Virus record (IMG/VR): IMGVR_UViG_3300029945_000001
Coordinates: 62,001 to 126,000 of that record
Length of the DNA: 64,000 nt
Direction: 5' to 3' (one strand)
The translations under genes and the position numbers were made by a program. Shown here piece after piece: positions 40,096 through 50,617 of the stretch; the first letter of the stretch is position 1, and every line of letters starts with the position of its first letter. The notes beneath the pieces were generated by a model. The model saw only the letters and a program-made list of their open reading frames with translations, ran no database searches and was not told the DNA's origin.

Positions 40096-41223
40096 ATGCA
40101 GATCAAAGAAGCAATACATAATCTATTTTTCAATGTGTTGAAATTAAAAGAGAATGATACTTTATGGTTAGAATTTGATAATCCTTCTGTTGGTAGTCTT
40201 ATGGTTAATACTATTAAAAATTTTAAACAGAACACAAATTTTAAAGTAAATTATGTTGATGTACAAGCTGATATTCTTAGATTATCTATATCTAAAAGTA
40301 ATATTGAAGAAAGAGAATTTGTCGATGAGATGATGCGTAAGATGAAATTGTGTAATAAATATATAAGATTTGTTGACGATGGTGCTATTAGTCATTTTTG
40401 TTCTTTATATGAACAGTTCGGTATTAAAGAACTTGTTGGTAAAAGAAGAATGTTAATGTCTGAAGTTACTCGATATAGAGTTAATAATCTCAAGTGGGTA
40501 GTCTCTGTAATTCCCTCTATACCATTAGCAAATTTTTATAAATGTGATTTTGATGAATTTTCAAAGATGATTATTGATGGTATTAATTTGAATTATGCAG
40601 AACTTGAAAAGTATGCAACTCCACTTATAGATATCTTAAATCAAAAAGGTAAAACTGTTCGTATATATAGCGATGCTCGATTTACTGATCTTACATTCAA
40701 GCTATCTGGAGCTGGCACTGAACTTTGTGCTGGTAAGATCAATATCCCAGACGGTGAAGTATTTACATCTCCTGAATTAAATAGTGTCAATGGTACAATT
40801 ATGTTTGGCCCTAGTTACTATAATGGAGAATTCTTTAAATATATTTATTGTGAATTTAAAGATGGTGTTTGTTATAAATCTCTTGCAGAAAGTGAAGAGC
40901 GTACAAATGCTTTAAATAAGATTCTAGATGTTGATCCTGGAGCAAGAAAAGTTGGTGAATTTGCACTTGGGTTAAATACTAAAATCACTAAGTCGACAGG
41001 ATTTGTTTTGACTGATGAAAAAGTATTTGGATCTATACATCTTGCTTTAGGTAAAGCTTATGAAACTATGTCGGATAATGGGAATAGATTGGCCAATCAT
41101 TGGGACCTTGTTCACAATCAACAATTAAGATATGGTGGCGGTGCCCTTTATATCGATGGTGTTCTTATAAGAAAAGATGGATTATTTGTTCCAGAAGAAC
41201 TTACACCTCTAAATACTTTATAA
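40096..41223 (+). CDS. aminopeptidase, peptidase family M29 (AmpS/aminopeptidase II-like)
   Basis: NIPDGEVFTSP, GEFALG, DEKVFGSIHLALGKAY, HWDLV; GAAGGA RBS before ATG 40096. Confidence 0.88.
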   Translation: MQIKEAIHNLFFNVLKLKENDTLWLEFDNPSVGSLMVNTIKNFKQNTNFKVNYVDVQADILRLSISKSNIEEREFVDEMMRKMKLCNKYIRFVDDGAISHFCSLYEQFGIKELVGKRRMLMSEVTRYRVNNLKWVVSVIPSIPLANFYKCDFDEFSKMIIDGINLNYAELEKYATPLIDILNQKGKTVRIYSDARFTDLTFKLSGAGTELCAGKINIPDGEVFTSPELNSVNGTIMFGPSYYNGEFFKYIYCEFKDGVCYKSLAESEERTNALNKILDVDPGARKVGEFALGLNTKITKSTGFVLTDEKVFGSIHLALGKAYETMSDNGNRLANHWDLVHNQQLRYGGGALYIDGVLIRKDGLFVPEELTPLNTL

Positions 41224-41226
41224 TGA

Positions 41227-42150
41227 ATGGCTATTGTAGAGGTACCAACTAAAGATTTAATGGAACTTAGATTACATACACAAGTTATGATACATCCTGG
41301 CAATGCACTTGGTATTAAGAGTGGCGGAATAGCAGATGCTTTTGAAAAAGAATATCCTAATTCTTTTGATATGTATAAAACAGGTGGATTTGTAGAAGGT
41401 ACTTTTAGAGTAGGAACCGTTCTTGAAACTATAGAGAAAAATCATGTTATTCTTCATCTCATTACGAAAAATCATTATGGCGATGTTATGTCATATGACG
41501 ATCTTAGAGTGTGTCTTAATAACTTAAAAGACTATTTGTTAGATAATTCATTTATAGATAGATCAAAATATGTTTGTTGTATTCCTATTCTCGGGTGTTA
41601 TAATAATCAATTAGATACAGATACTGTTGTTAAAATGTATTATGATATTTTAGATGATATACCAAATATAATTCAATTATGTAGACAACCAGAAAGTTAT
41701 AATAGATTTCCTCAATATCTTGGTCTTTGTGGTCATATACGATTTAATAATAAGAAACTATTAAAAGTTGAATTATCTACTTTTATAAATAATGTATTTC
41801 CTACAGCACTTAAAGCCATAGTGATAACAGATACGAATAATGATTTTAATAGAACAGTCGAAGACGTTGTTGATGAACTTAATATAAAACTTATTAAAGT
41901 ACCAACAGATTTTAAACAATTTAAAAAGAATGGTTTTTATATTAGAAATTCTATTATGTTTAATATTTGTACAGCATTCTTATCTATTAATAAAAACAAA
42001 TTCTATTCGTCTTTATCTTACTTTTTAGAAGAGAAGGTTGTTAAGTATAATAGAAACTGTGATGATCTCAGAGTTATTAAAAAATATAATGAACCAGATC
42101 TTTTTGTTCCAGATAGAAAAGTCTTTATTAATTCAAACATATATTACTAA
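41227..42150 (+). CDS. macrodomain fused to degenerate SLOG/YspA-like domain
   Basis: GIADAFEKEYP, LITKNHY, PILGC (macro); CGHIRF ... VPTDFKQF..GFYIRNSIM (SLOG-like). Confidence 0.6.
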   Translation: MAIVEVPTKDLMELRLHTQVMIHPGNALGIKSGGIADAFEKEYPNSFDMYKTGGFVEGTFRVGTVLETIEKNHVILHLITKNHYGDVMSYDDLRVCLNNLKDYLLDNSFIDRSKYVCCIPILGCYNNQLDTDTVVKMYYDILDDIPNIIQLCRQPESYNRFPQYLGLCGHIRFNNKKLLKVELSTFINNVFPTALKAIVITDTNNDFNRTVEDVVDELNIKLIKVPTDFKQFKKNGFYIRNSIMFNICTAFLSINKNKFYSSLSYFLEEKVVKYNRNCDDLRVIKKYNEPDLFVPDRKVFINSNIYY

Positions 42151-42176
42151 TCTGAACAAACAAAAGGAAAGATTGT

Positions 42177-43304
42177 ATGGATTTCGGAGAAGATTCTAAT
42201 TTCGATTTTAAATTATCTTCGGATGTAGCAAAAGGTGTTGTTATAAATAACAATAATTCCATTGGTCAATCCCATACTTTTGAATTAACATCATCTAAAG
42301 ACAGTAAAGAACTTATATTACGACCCATTAAAGATTTTACAACTCCTAAACGTATCTATGGTAGAGATCTTATTGTAAAGAGAGATCGTGTTTTAAATAA
42401 ATATAAGTCTACAACGACGACTCTTGGTGTATTGGCGGTTGGTGAAAAAGGAAGTGGTAAGTCACTTCTCCTCCAGATGATTAGTATTCTGGCGTGGGAA
42501 AGATACCAACTCAATACAGTTGTTATTGCAGACGATAGTTTAACGTATAATAAGGCTGGTGAATTATTGCTTGATTATATTTCTAAGTTACCCCCATGTG
42601 TTATCATTATCGACGAATTTGAAAAGATATTTAACATTTATGATCAGAAACGACTTCTTACACTCATGTCTGGTTTGTATGCTACTCGAAAGATTTTCTT
42701 ATTATCTGCTAATGATAAAAATCGTATTGATCAACATATGCTCAATAGGCCTGAAAGAATTCGATATTATTATCAGTTTAGTGGTGTTGGTGAAGATTAC
42801 ATTCGTGAATTTTGCGAAGAACGACTTAATGATAATATCTCTGATAGAATTAATAAGAATGAAGAAATTAATGATATTGTTTCTATTGCAAAAACATTTA
42901 GTGCATTTAATCACGACATGTTGCAGGCGCTTGTTGAAGAGATTAATGAGTTTAAAGAACCTGCATATACAGCAGTTAAGTATCTGAATATTAATCCTGA
43001 AAATGCTAATAAAATGAAATGGTCTATTGGTATATTCGATAAAGACAATAAACCATTCCAAGCTGTTAATCCTAATGTTCATACAAAACATCCTCTTGAT
43101 ATTGAAAATTTAATGGTTAGTTATTCTGATGGTAATAGTCCTTGGAATAGTATTGTTTTGACATCTGCTGATTATGTTGATGCTCAGAATGAAAATACTA
43201 TTTATGTATACAAACAAGGTGATGTGACTGTTAAGTTTATTAAAGTTGAAGATAAAATTGTTGATTATTTAACCGGGACAATTCAAACAGGAGAAAAGAA
43301 ATGA
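42177..43304 (+). CDS. AAA+ ATPase
   Basis: GEKGSGKS, IIIDEFEK, MLNRPERIRY. Confidence 0.85.
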   Translation: MDFGEDSNFDFKLSSDVAKGVVINNNNSIGQSHTFELTSSKDSKELILRPIKDFTTPKRIYGRDLIVKRDRVLNKYKSTTTTLGVLAVGEKGSGKSLLLQMISILAWERYQLNTVVIADDSLTYNKAGELLLDYISKLPPCVIIIDEFEKIFNIYDQKRLLTLMSGLYATRKIFLLSANDKNRIDQHMLNRPERIRYYYQFSGVGEDYIREFCEERLNDNISDRINKNEEINDIVSIAKTFSAFNHDMLQALVEEINEFKEPAYTAVKYLNINPENANKMKWSIGIFDKDNKPFQAVNPNVHTKHPLDIENLMVSYSDGNSPWNSIVLTSADYVDAQNENTIYVYKQGDVTVKFIKVEDKIVDYLTGTIQTGEKK

Positions 43305-44071
43305 TAGCTTTAAAATCGACAGTTGGAAATGTTTATATATTAGAAAGTATTGGTATTATTAAACAGCTTAGTACTTTTAAAAATGGTAATGAAATACGTA
43401 TTCAGGTCGTATTAGATAATAAGCATATTCCTATTAATGATAATCCGTGTACTATTGATATTGATTGTGAAGATAGTAATGAAGTGAGATCTACTCTTGA
43501 TATATTATTTGCTCATGCTGATAATAGTAACGATATTACGGATATTATCTATAAGTGTTCAGGAGATTTACAAGTTACTACTAATAACGTGGTTACTGGC
43601 GGAACTGGCCTCACTGGATGTGATATCGGTAGTGGTAGTAGTACTACATTTATCGATATGGGTAATTCTGGTATTAAAGAAAGCGATAGCGAAGGACCTA
43701 CGTTTCTCAAAGGACTGGATAATTATCACTTTAATTTCTCTATCGTATTAGATGAAAATATTATTAGTAGTATTACAACAACTCCTAATTTTAGACAAGA
43801 ATTTATAAATGGCGATGATGATATTATTTGGAACATGTCTGCGGATAACGATAAAGTTAATATGAGTATTTCTGGGACAGAATTTGAAATACAACTCAGT
43901 TCTATCAATATAGGTGTACATAAACTCATTAGAACTATTAGAAATGAATTGATAAAGATGTTTACTGAGTTTAATAATGCTGAAGTAATTATTTTATCAA
44001 ATGATAGTGGAAATAATCGTATTATTGATCTTTCACCATATTCTACTAAAGCATGCTTAGTACTGAAGTAA
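43301..44071 (+). CDS. hypothetical protein
   Basis: AGGAG RBS; overlaps the upstream stop. Confidence 0.6.
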   Translation: MIALKSTVGNVYILESIGIIKQLSTFKNGNEIRIQVVLDNKHIPINDNPCTIDIDCEDSNEVRSTLDILFAHADNSNDITDIIYKCSGDLQVTTNNVVTGGTGLTGCDIGSGSSTTFIDMGNSGIKESDSEGPTFLKGLDNYHFNFSIVLDENIISSITTTPNFRQEFINGDDDIIWNMSADNDKVNMSISGTEFEIQLSSINIGVHKLIRTIRNELIKMFTEFNNAEVIILSNDSGNNRIIDLSPYSTKACLVLK

Positions 44072-44514
44072 TTATTTTATCAAATAAAGAAGATATTGAA
44101 AAAGTCATAGAAGATGTCAAACCACTTATTATAGAAAGTATAAATAGTATTAAATCAAGAGAATATGGTGAAATGTTTGTTTTGAGTGAAGACAGAATTA
44201 TAACTATAATTAAAATGAATACATTGGTTATCCTAAAGAACAAGGACAATAATGATATTATCGGTTATGCTTCTATTATTAAACTTGAAGCATTCAAAGA
44301 TGCTATTTTTATTAATGATATTTTTGTTAGATATGAATATAGAGGACGACGTTATGGTCACTTATTAATGGATGAAATAATTGATGAATTCAGAGATAGT
44401 TGTTCAAATATTATCCTTAATTCTGATATTGATAATTATATCGCAAACAGATTCTATAAAAAGTTAGGATTTGAAATAACAAATTATACACAACGTTTAA
44501 AACTTTTGCCATGA
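44053..44514 (+). CDS. GNAT acetyltransferase
   Basis: IFVRYEYRGRRYGHLLM (motif A), N..ANRFYKKLGF (motif B). Confidence 0.88.
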   Translation: MLSTEVIILSNKEDIEKVIEDVKPLIIESINSIKSREYGEMFVLSEDRIITIIKMNTLVILKNKDNNDIIGYASIIKLEAFKDAIFINDIFVRYEYRGRRYGHLLMDEIIDEFRDSCSNIILNSDIDNYIANRFYKKLGFEITNYTQRLKLLP

Positions 44515-44636
44515 ATATGGGTACTACCTGGGTAATTCCAGGTAGTACCATTTTTAATTCAATATCATTTTAAGTATATATTACTTTATTGGTCAAATCT
44601 TGACTAATTTTGTTTCTCCTTTTGAAAGGACATCAC

Positions 44637-45689
44637 ATGTCTCTGAACGATTCTAAAGTTGCCCCCGGTATTCCGTCTTTTATTGTTTCTACCCAGCGGC
44701 GGGCACCTGAAGTCCAGACGATCATTGCTGCCAAAAATGCTCCTACGATTTCGTTTTATTTCTGTGGTGGTACTGGCATCAATACTTACAATCGTGTTTC
44801 GATGTTGCTTCCCGAATCTGCCCATATTCAGATCTTCGATACTGCCGATAAATCGAATCGCATCGACACCAATATCGATGTTACGATTCTGACGCCGGCC
44901 GCCGTCGGTTCTGGCGGCGATCGCAATGAAAACAGCCGTACTATCGCCGCTGCCTTGTCTGAAGTCGACCACGTGAATGAAGACATTGCATTTGTCGTTT
45001 TCGGCAAGTCTGGCGGTTCTGGCTCTGTGATCGGTCCGTTGTGGGCCAAAGAACTGCATCGTCGCGATCAGAGCATTCGTATTATCGGCATTGCCATCGC
45101 CGACCACGAATCCTCGCAGCAGCATTCCGACAACATGAAGGGTGCCACTAAGTCGCTGATTAGCATCTGCGAAAAGAATGGCATTTCTATTCCGCTCATC
45201 ATCTACGACAACAAGTATGGGCGGAATATCGTCGACAAGGAAGTCACCAATCTGTTCAAGATGTTTCTTCAGATTTTCACGACGCAAATCAACGAGATCG
45301 ATCCGTCTGATTTCCTGAATTTCATCGCGCACAAGTCGACGACGCCCGGCATCAAGTGCCTGAATGTGCGATGCACCAATTCAAACGAGATCGTCAGCTC
45401 TGCGATCCAGGAAGATTCTGATGTCTATGAATCCATTCTGACTATCATCGGTTCTACCGATGCAGAGTCCGAGTTCAAGCAGGTGTCGGCGACCAGGTCG
45501 TTCAGTGGCATCTTCGAATCTCCTGATTTCCCGTCTATTCGTCTGGCCATTTCCGAATTTTCTTCAAAGTTCGAAGAGCTGGCCAAGGAGACCGAAGATC
45601 ATCTGAATTCGCTTAAGCAGGCCAAAGCCGCTCAGAACAAAGCTTCGGTCTGGAAAGTTTCCGGCGACGAAGATGACCTGATCTCATAA
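44637..45689 (+). CDS. phuZ: phage tubulin PhuZ
   Basis: FCGGTGIN, GSGGDR, tubulin signature GGSGSVIGP, IDPSDFLNF, acidic C-terminal tail; GAAAGGA RBS before ATG 44637; early promoter at 44577. Confidence 0.9.
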   Translation: MSLNDSKVAPGIPSFIVSTQRRAPEVQTIIAAKNAPTISFYFCGGTGINTYNRVSMLLPESAHIQIFDTADKSNRIDTNIDVTILTPAAVGSGGDRNENSRTIAAALSEVDHVNEDIAFVVFGKSGGSGSVIGPLWAKELHRRDQSIRIIGIAIADHESSQQHSDNMKGATKSLISICEKNGISIPLIIYDNKYGRNIVDKEVTNLFKMFLQIFTTQINEIDPSDFLNFIAHKSTTPGIKCLNVRCTNSNEIVSSAIQEDSDVYESILTIIGSTDAESEFKQVSATRSFSGIFESPDFPSIRLAISEFSSKFEELAKETEDHLNSLKQAKAAQNKASVWKVSGDEDDLIS

Positions 45690-45916
45690 GTATCAGTGTC
45701 TTCGCTTAGGGGGAGGTTTAATCAGACCCTCCCCCTTGTGTGTTGGTTATTATTAGTATTATTTTACCATAATGGGACTATCTTATGAAAGATATTAGAA
45801 TTCCTTAATAAGGAACTTTAGTGTCTTATATCCATATCTTTATTATCAAAACCAAAACTCAACGAGGTGATTAGCTCTTTGCCAGAGAGCTTACAGAGTA
45901 AGGAAGGAATGTACGG

Positions 45917-46630
45917 ATGAAGAATTTTTGGATCAAGCATCCTAATCCTATTGGTCTTGTTATAGGTATTATTATTGGTATTGTTATTAATGTCTTTTTC
46001 TATTCCGACATTTTATTTATTAAACTTATTAATGCCCAAATTGTTGATCCTTCTTTTAGAATTGTAAAAGAAACACATCCAATCGAACCATTTAGTTATA
46101 ATGATAAATTCAAGACAAAAAGTAACTTGACTTTCTTAACAGTTGGTGGTATAAATGAGAATATTCTTAATGATCGAGAATATACTTTGGCCGATGTACC
46201 AGCTAGTCAGAGAAAAGATATTAAAGCTTTAGCAAATACCGTTTATTACGAAGCTCGTGGTGAAGAACGAACTGGTAGAATTGCTATTCAATATGTTGTG
46301 AAAAATAGAGCTGCTCAACTTAATAAATCCTATTATGATATTATTCATCAATCAGCGGTTATCAAGAAAAATAATGGAAAAAGTGTACGTATTTTTCAAT
46401 TTTCATATCTCGGCAACAAACACACAGGAGGGATCAAAGAACCAGAAGTGATGAAACAGATTATCTCTGATATCATACATGTTGAAAAAAATCCTACAGG
46501 TATATTTAAAAATCCAATCGGAAAAGCAACGATGTACAACGATACAATTCCACAATCGTGGAAAGGACATGTTGTCGTTGTAGCAACACTAGGCGCTCAC
46601 AAGTTTTGTTATCCTAAAAGAGAAGCTTGA
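45917..46630 (+). CDS. cell wall hydrolase (SleB/Hydrolase_2 family) with N-terminal TM
   Basis: LANTVYYEARGE..G.IA..V.NR, FQFS, GAHKFC. Confidence 0.85.
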   Translation: MKNFWIKHPNPIGLVIGIIIGIVINVFFYSDILFIKLINAQIVDPSFRIVKETHPIEPFSYNDKFKTKSNLTFLTVGGINENILNDREYTLADVPASQRKDIKALANTVYYEARGEERTGRIAIQYVVKNRAAQLNKSYYDIIHQSAVIKKNNGKSVRIFQFSYLGNKHTGGIKEPEVMKQIISDIIHVEKNPTGIFKNPIGKATMYNDTIPQSWKGHVVVVATLGAHKFCYPKREA

Positions 46631-46755
46631 TTATGAACATAGCGATGAGATCAGCCGTAATGGCTGATCTCATCATATTCTTATTTTTTCATTGTTAATA
46701 CAAAAATATATTACTTAATTGTATAGTTAGTAACCCATCACACAAAGAGGATACG

Positions 46756-47037
46756 ATGGATAAGACCAACATTCAGATCACCGTTGCTGGAGGGTCTATT
46801 ACCAATGTCAATGCGGATAATCCTGCGCTGATCGGCGAAGTCGTTATCACCGATGTTTCGAAGGAGCTTCCCGTTCATTGTATCTTCGAGAACGACGTCG
46901 AGAAAACCGATGTCGCTGCACTGATCACCAGTCTCAGTGCAGCTTCTGATGAAGAAGTCATTGCCGAAGCTGCTCCGCAGACTGAAGTGATTTCTGCCGA
47001 AGTCGATGTCGAAGAAGAAGAGGAAGTCGCCGAGTAA
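46756..47037 (+). CDS. small highly acidic early protein
   Basis: Glu-rich C-terminus; own promoter (46707) and hairpin. Confidence 0.7.
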   Translation: MDKTNIQITVAGGSITNVNADNPALIGEVVITDVSKELPVHCIFENDVEKTDVAALITSLSAASDEEVIAEAAPQTEVISAEVDVEEEEEVAE

Positions 47038-47326
47038 TACGGATTCGATATACAGGAGAAAGGATGTCCTTTCTCCTGTATATTTATCTTATTTTTTATA
47101 ATTTTAGATACTCTCATTACTGTTGTGACTGTTCATATTTTAAATAACTGAAGTATAAATACATCAATGACACTAGCTTATATTTACTTGTTTTTCAATG
47201 AAATTTGATATCATCGGATATCTATATTCTTGTATTTATGAATAAACTATATTTTGAAATTTAAATATTTCTGAGTCGGATTATACTATGAATTTTTACT
47301 TGTTTTTTAAAGGAACGGTCAGGAAA

Positions 47327-49978
47327 ATGACTTCAAAAACTATCTTTACAGACCCGCTTTCAGTCGATGTGTGGAATCGCACATATCGATATGGTGACGA
47401 ACCAACTGTGGATGATACTTTCAATAGAGCTGCTATTCATTGTGCTAATATAGAAAAGAATCAACAATTAAGAACAAAGTGGACTAAGAAATTTAATTCT
47501 ATTATGACTAATTTTGGCTTTGTTCCAGGTGGTCGTATCTTAGCAAATATTGGAACTAAATTTACAGGTACATCCTTACATAACTGCTTTATTAGCCCTC
47601 TTATAAAATTCGATGTTGATTCTATTGAAGGTATTTATACGACACTTATGCATCAAGCAATGACTCTTAAATCAGAAGGTGGTTGGGGATTTAATTTTGG
47701 CGTTTTTGGCCCTCGCGGTCGTCATATTCGTGGTTCTGGCGCCGAATCTCCTGGTATTGTTTCTTGGATGGAATTATTTGATAAATCTTCAGATGTTCTC
47801 ACTCGTGGTTCTGGAAATGATTATAAAAATTCAGATGTTAAGAAGAAGATCCGTAAGGGCGCTCAGATGGCTATTTGTCCTGATTGGCATCCTGATGTTA
47901 TTGAATTTATTGTTGCTAAACAGACTCCTAATTATCTAACTAAGTTCAATATGTCGGTTGCACTATCGAATGAATTTATGGAACGATATACTACTATAGA
48001 AATTAAGAAAGAAGTTATCAATAGTTATAACGATCTAATCAAATCTGTTCCTCAAGATGAAGTTCATGACGAAGTTGTTTCCTTATATATCGATAGAATT
48101 GAACAGTTAGAACGTGATATTAATACATCAAATATTTGGTTATTGGAATATCCTGATACAAAATTTGATAAGTATAAAACTGAATGGGATGGTAATCTTA
48201 ACAAGTGGAAAGCTGCTGGATATCCTGTTATAGTCTATAATGAAACTACAGTTATTGAACTTTTTGATATCATTACAGAAAATACATATAAGCGTAATGA
48301 GCCTGGTATCCTATTCTTAGACCGTGCTCAACAGTTAAATACATTCTGGTATGGTGATAATATCTTTGCTTCCAACCCTTGCGGTGAACAGTTGATGTCT
48401 GATGGTAATGTTTGTAATGTGGGAAATACCAATGTTGCTGCTTTTTGTGAATTCGATGGTACTAAGTTTGTATTTAATAGAGATAAATTCATCGAGGCTG
48501 TTAAGACAAGTGTTAGATATCTTGATAACATTATTGATGTTGCTAAATATCCTCTCCCTGAATATGAAAAGAATTCCAAAGAAAAGCGCCGTATTGGAAC
48601 TGGTCTGTTCGGTATTGGTTCTGCTTTATATCTATTAAAACTTAAATATGGTTCTAAAGAAGCTATTGCTTTTTGTAATAGTTTCTGTAGTGATTATGCA
48701 GTTGCTGCTTATGAAGCATCTATTGATCTTGCTGTAGAAAAAGGTATGTTCCCTCTTTGTAATCCGTTGGAACATGCAAGTGGTATTTTTATAAATAGAC
48801 TTAATCTCAGTAAAGAATATATGGAAAAATTACTTAAGCGTGGTATTCGCAATAGTGCAGTTCTTTCATTCCAGCCTACTGGAAATGGATCTTCTTTTGC
48901 TAATGTTGTAAGTAGTGGTATGGAACCAGTTTTCAGTAAAGAGTATGATCGTTGGGTTATTATGGATGTTATTCCTGAAGATATTAAAGATGTTACTCCA
49001 AACTTCTTTAAGAATGAATTCTTTGAAACTTCTATGTTTAAATTTGAAAAACGTGGCGATGACGATGTGTTGGTCGGTACTTCTAAAAACGGTAATAGTT
49101 ATATGATTGATAAAAATCGTGGATTGACTATGAAGTATGCTTGTAAAGATTTTGCTATTCGCTTATTGGACGACTATGGTATTCGTGATCAATACGAAGA
49201 TGTTTTAGTTACTGCTGAGGATCTTACAGTTCAAGAACATATTGATATGCTTTCTGTATTTGCATATTGGGTTGATAGTTCTATCTCTAAGACTATTAAC
49301 GTTCCTAATGATTATCCTTATTCTGATTTTAAGAAAGTTTATCTTGAAGCATTTAAAGGTGGTAATATCAAAGGATTGACAACATATCGTTCTGGTACTA
49401 TGATGGCTGTTCTTGAGACTTCTAGTAATAAAGAAATTATTGTTGAAGATGAAATCGTTGAAGAAATGAAACTAGCCGATACGCTCCCTGCCGCTCGACA
49501 TGTTGTAAATTCTGAAGGTAAGAAGTGGTATATTCATATTACTCTTGATGAAGATAATAATCGCCCAGTAGAAATATTCGTCGATACAAATGCCCGTGAG
49601 AAAAATATTAAGCATTCAACAACTACTGTTATTAGTCAATTATTAGCATTTGCACAAGAAAAAGGTGTTCATGCCTCTCAGATAGAATCTATTCAACAGA
49701 AGATAGATAATACTACAGCTTACGTACATAAATTATGTAAAGTTCTTTCACTTATTCTTAGACATGGTATTCATATTAAAAATCTTGTTAAAGAGCTTGA
49801 TAAAATCGATTGTGATCTAGGGTCGACCATTTTCCATATTAGAAAAATCCTTAGTTCTTATATTAAGGATGGTGAAAAAGTTGATGGTGAGTCGTGTCAG
49901 AATTGCGGCTCTACTATGATTGTTTATGAAGATGGTTGTAAAACATGTAAGAACTGTGGTTCGAGTAAGTGCGGCTGA
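47327..49978 (+). CDS. nrdJ: class II (adenosylcobalamin-dependent) ribonucleotide reductase
   Basis: PGGRILAN, NCF, SNPCGEQ..CNVG, RRIGTG, RNSA..QPTG, DSSISKTIN, KGLTTYR, C-terminal CxxC..CxxC; no nrdB nearby; ORF track start 47288. Confidence 0.9.
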   Translation: MTSKTIFTDPLSVDVWNRTYRYGDEPTVDDTFNRAAIHCANIEKNQQLRTKWTKKFNSIMTNFGFVPGGRILANIGTKFTGTSLHNCFISPLIKFDVDSIEGIYTTLMHQAMTLKSEGGWGFNFGVFGPRGRHIRGSGAESPGIVSWMELFDKSSDVLTRGSGNDYKNSDVKKKIRKGAQMAICPDWHPDVIEFIVAKQTPNYLTKFNMSVALSNEFMERYTTIEIKKEVINSYNDLIKSVPQDEVHDEVVSLYIDRIEQLERDINTSNIWLLEYPDTKFDKYKTEWDGNLNKWKAAGYPVIVYNETTVIELFDIITENTYKRNEPGILFLDRAQQLNTFWYGDNIFASNPCGEQLMSDGNVCNVGNTNVAAFCEFDGTKFVFNRDKFIEAVKTSVRYLDNIIDVAKYPLPEYEKNSKEKRRIGTGLFGIGSALYLLKLKYGSKEAIAFCNSFCSDYAVAAYEASIDLAVEKGMFPLCNPLEHASGIFINRLNLSKEYMEKLLKRGIRNSAVLSFQPTGNGSSFANVVSSGMEPVFSKEYDRWVIMDVIPEDIKDVTPNFFKNEFFETSMFKFEKRGDDDVLVGTSKNGNSYMIDKNRGLTMKYACKDFAIRLLDDYGIRDQYEDVLVTAEDLTVQEHIDMLSVFAYWVDSSISKTINVPNDYPYSDFKKVYLEAFKGGNIKGLTTYRSGTMMAVLETSSNKEIIVEDEIVEEMKLADTLPAARHVVNSEGKKWYIHITLDEDNNRPVEIFVDTNAREKNIKHSTTTVISQLLAFAQEKGVHASQIESIQQKIDNTTAYVHKLCKVLSLILRHGIHIKNLVKELDKIDCDLGSTIFHIRKILSSYIKDGEKVDGESCQNCGSTMIVYEDGCKTCKNCGSSKCG

Positions 49979-50052
49979 TCTGATGATCGGTATAGGATGG
50001 GCAATTGCCCATCCTATACCATATAAAAAATTTATAGATATATATTACATGT

Positions 50053-50469
50053 TTGAAACATCTAAAAAATATCTTAAAAACAATAACTACTATTGAGACA
50101 ATACCATCATGGAGGATTAAAATAATGGAAGATCTAGATATCGTAAATGAAGCTACACTCAGGATAAAAATATCTATATTTAAAGCTAATATTGTAATAT
50201 TAGAAAATAGTAATATACCTGATGATGTATATTGTTTTCTAACGGATGATGAACATCCTGTCAACCAAACATCTTATTTGAAATATATAATTAGACAAAT
50301 AGTTGATATAGCTGATATGATTCTTATAACACACGACGGGAAAGTTAATTATGAACTCTTACGTGAGTTAAGAAAAGATAATATTAAAATAGGACCTGGA
50401 GAGAAAGATAGTTTTGGTTGGTTAACTGGAGTTATTTATACCAAAAAAGGAAAAATAGTATACGGTTAA
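50053..50469 (+). CDS. hypothetical protein
   Basis: C-terminal GEKDSFGWLTGVIYTKKGKIVYG; likely start near 50125 after GGAGG. Confidence 0.6.
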   Translation: MKHLKNILKTITTIETIPSWRIKIMEDLDIVNEATLRIKISIFKANIVILENSNIPDDVYCFLTDDEHPVNQTSYLKYIIRQIVDIADMILITHDGKVNYELLRELRKDNIKIGPGEKDSFGWLTGVIYTKKGKIVYG

Positions 50470-50617
50470 TGATTAAACAATAGATGAGGGTATGGAGCAT
50501 GTGCTCCATACCCTCATATCTTTTTTATAAAAGTGCATTTCCGTTTTAAATAGATATATATTACTTTATTGACTTAAAGGTATTAATTTACCTATATCCT
50601 TTCTAGGAGATCGGATC

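Noticed and set aside
44604-45332. 242-aa minus-strand ORF and similar antisense or nested ORFs (1581-2087, 16306-16638, 59500-60006)
   Set aside because: Shadows of real genes on the other strand or frame; no motifs or RBS
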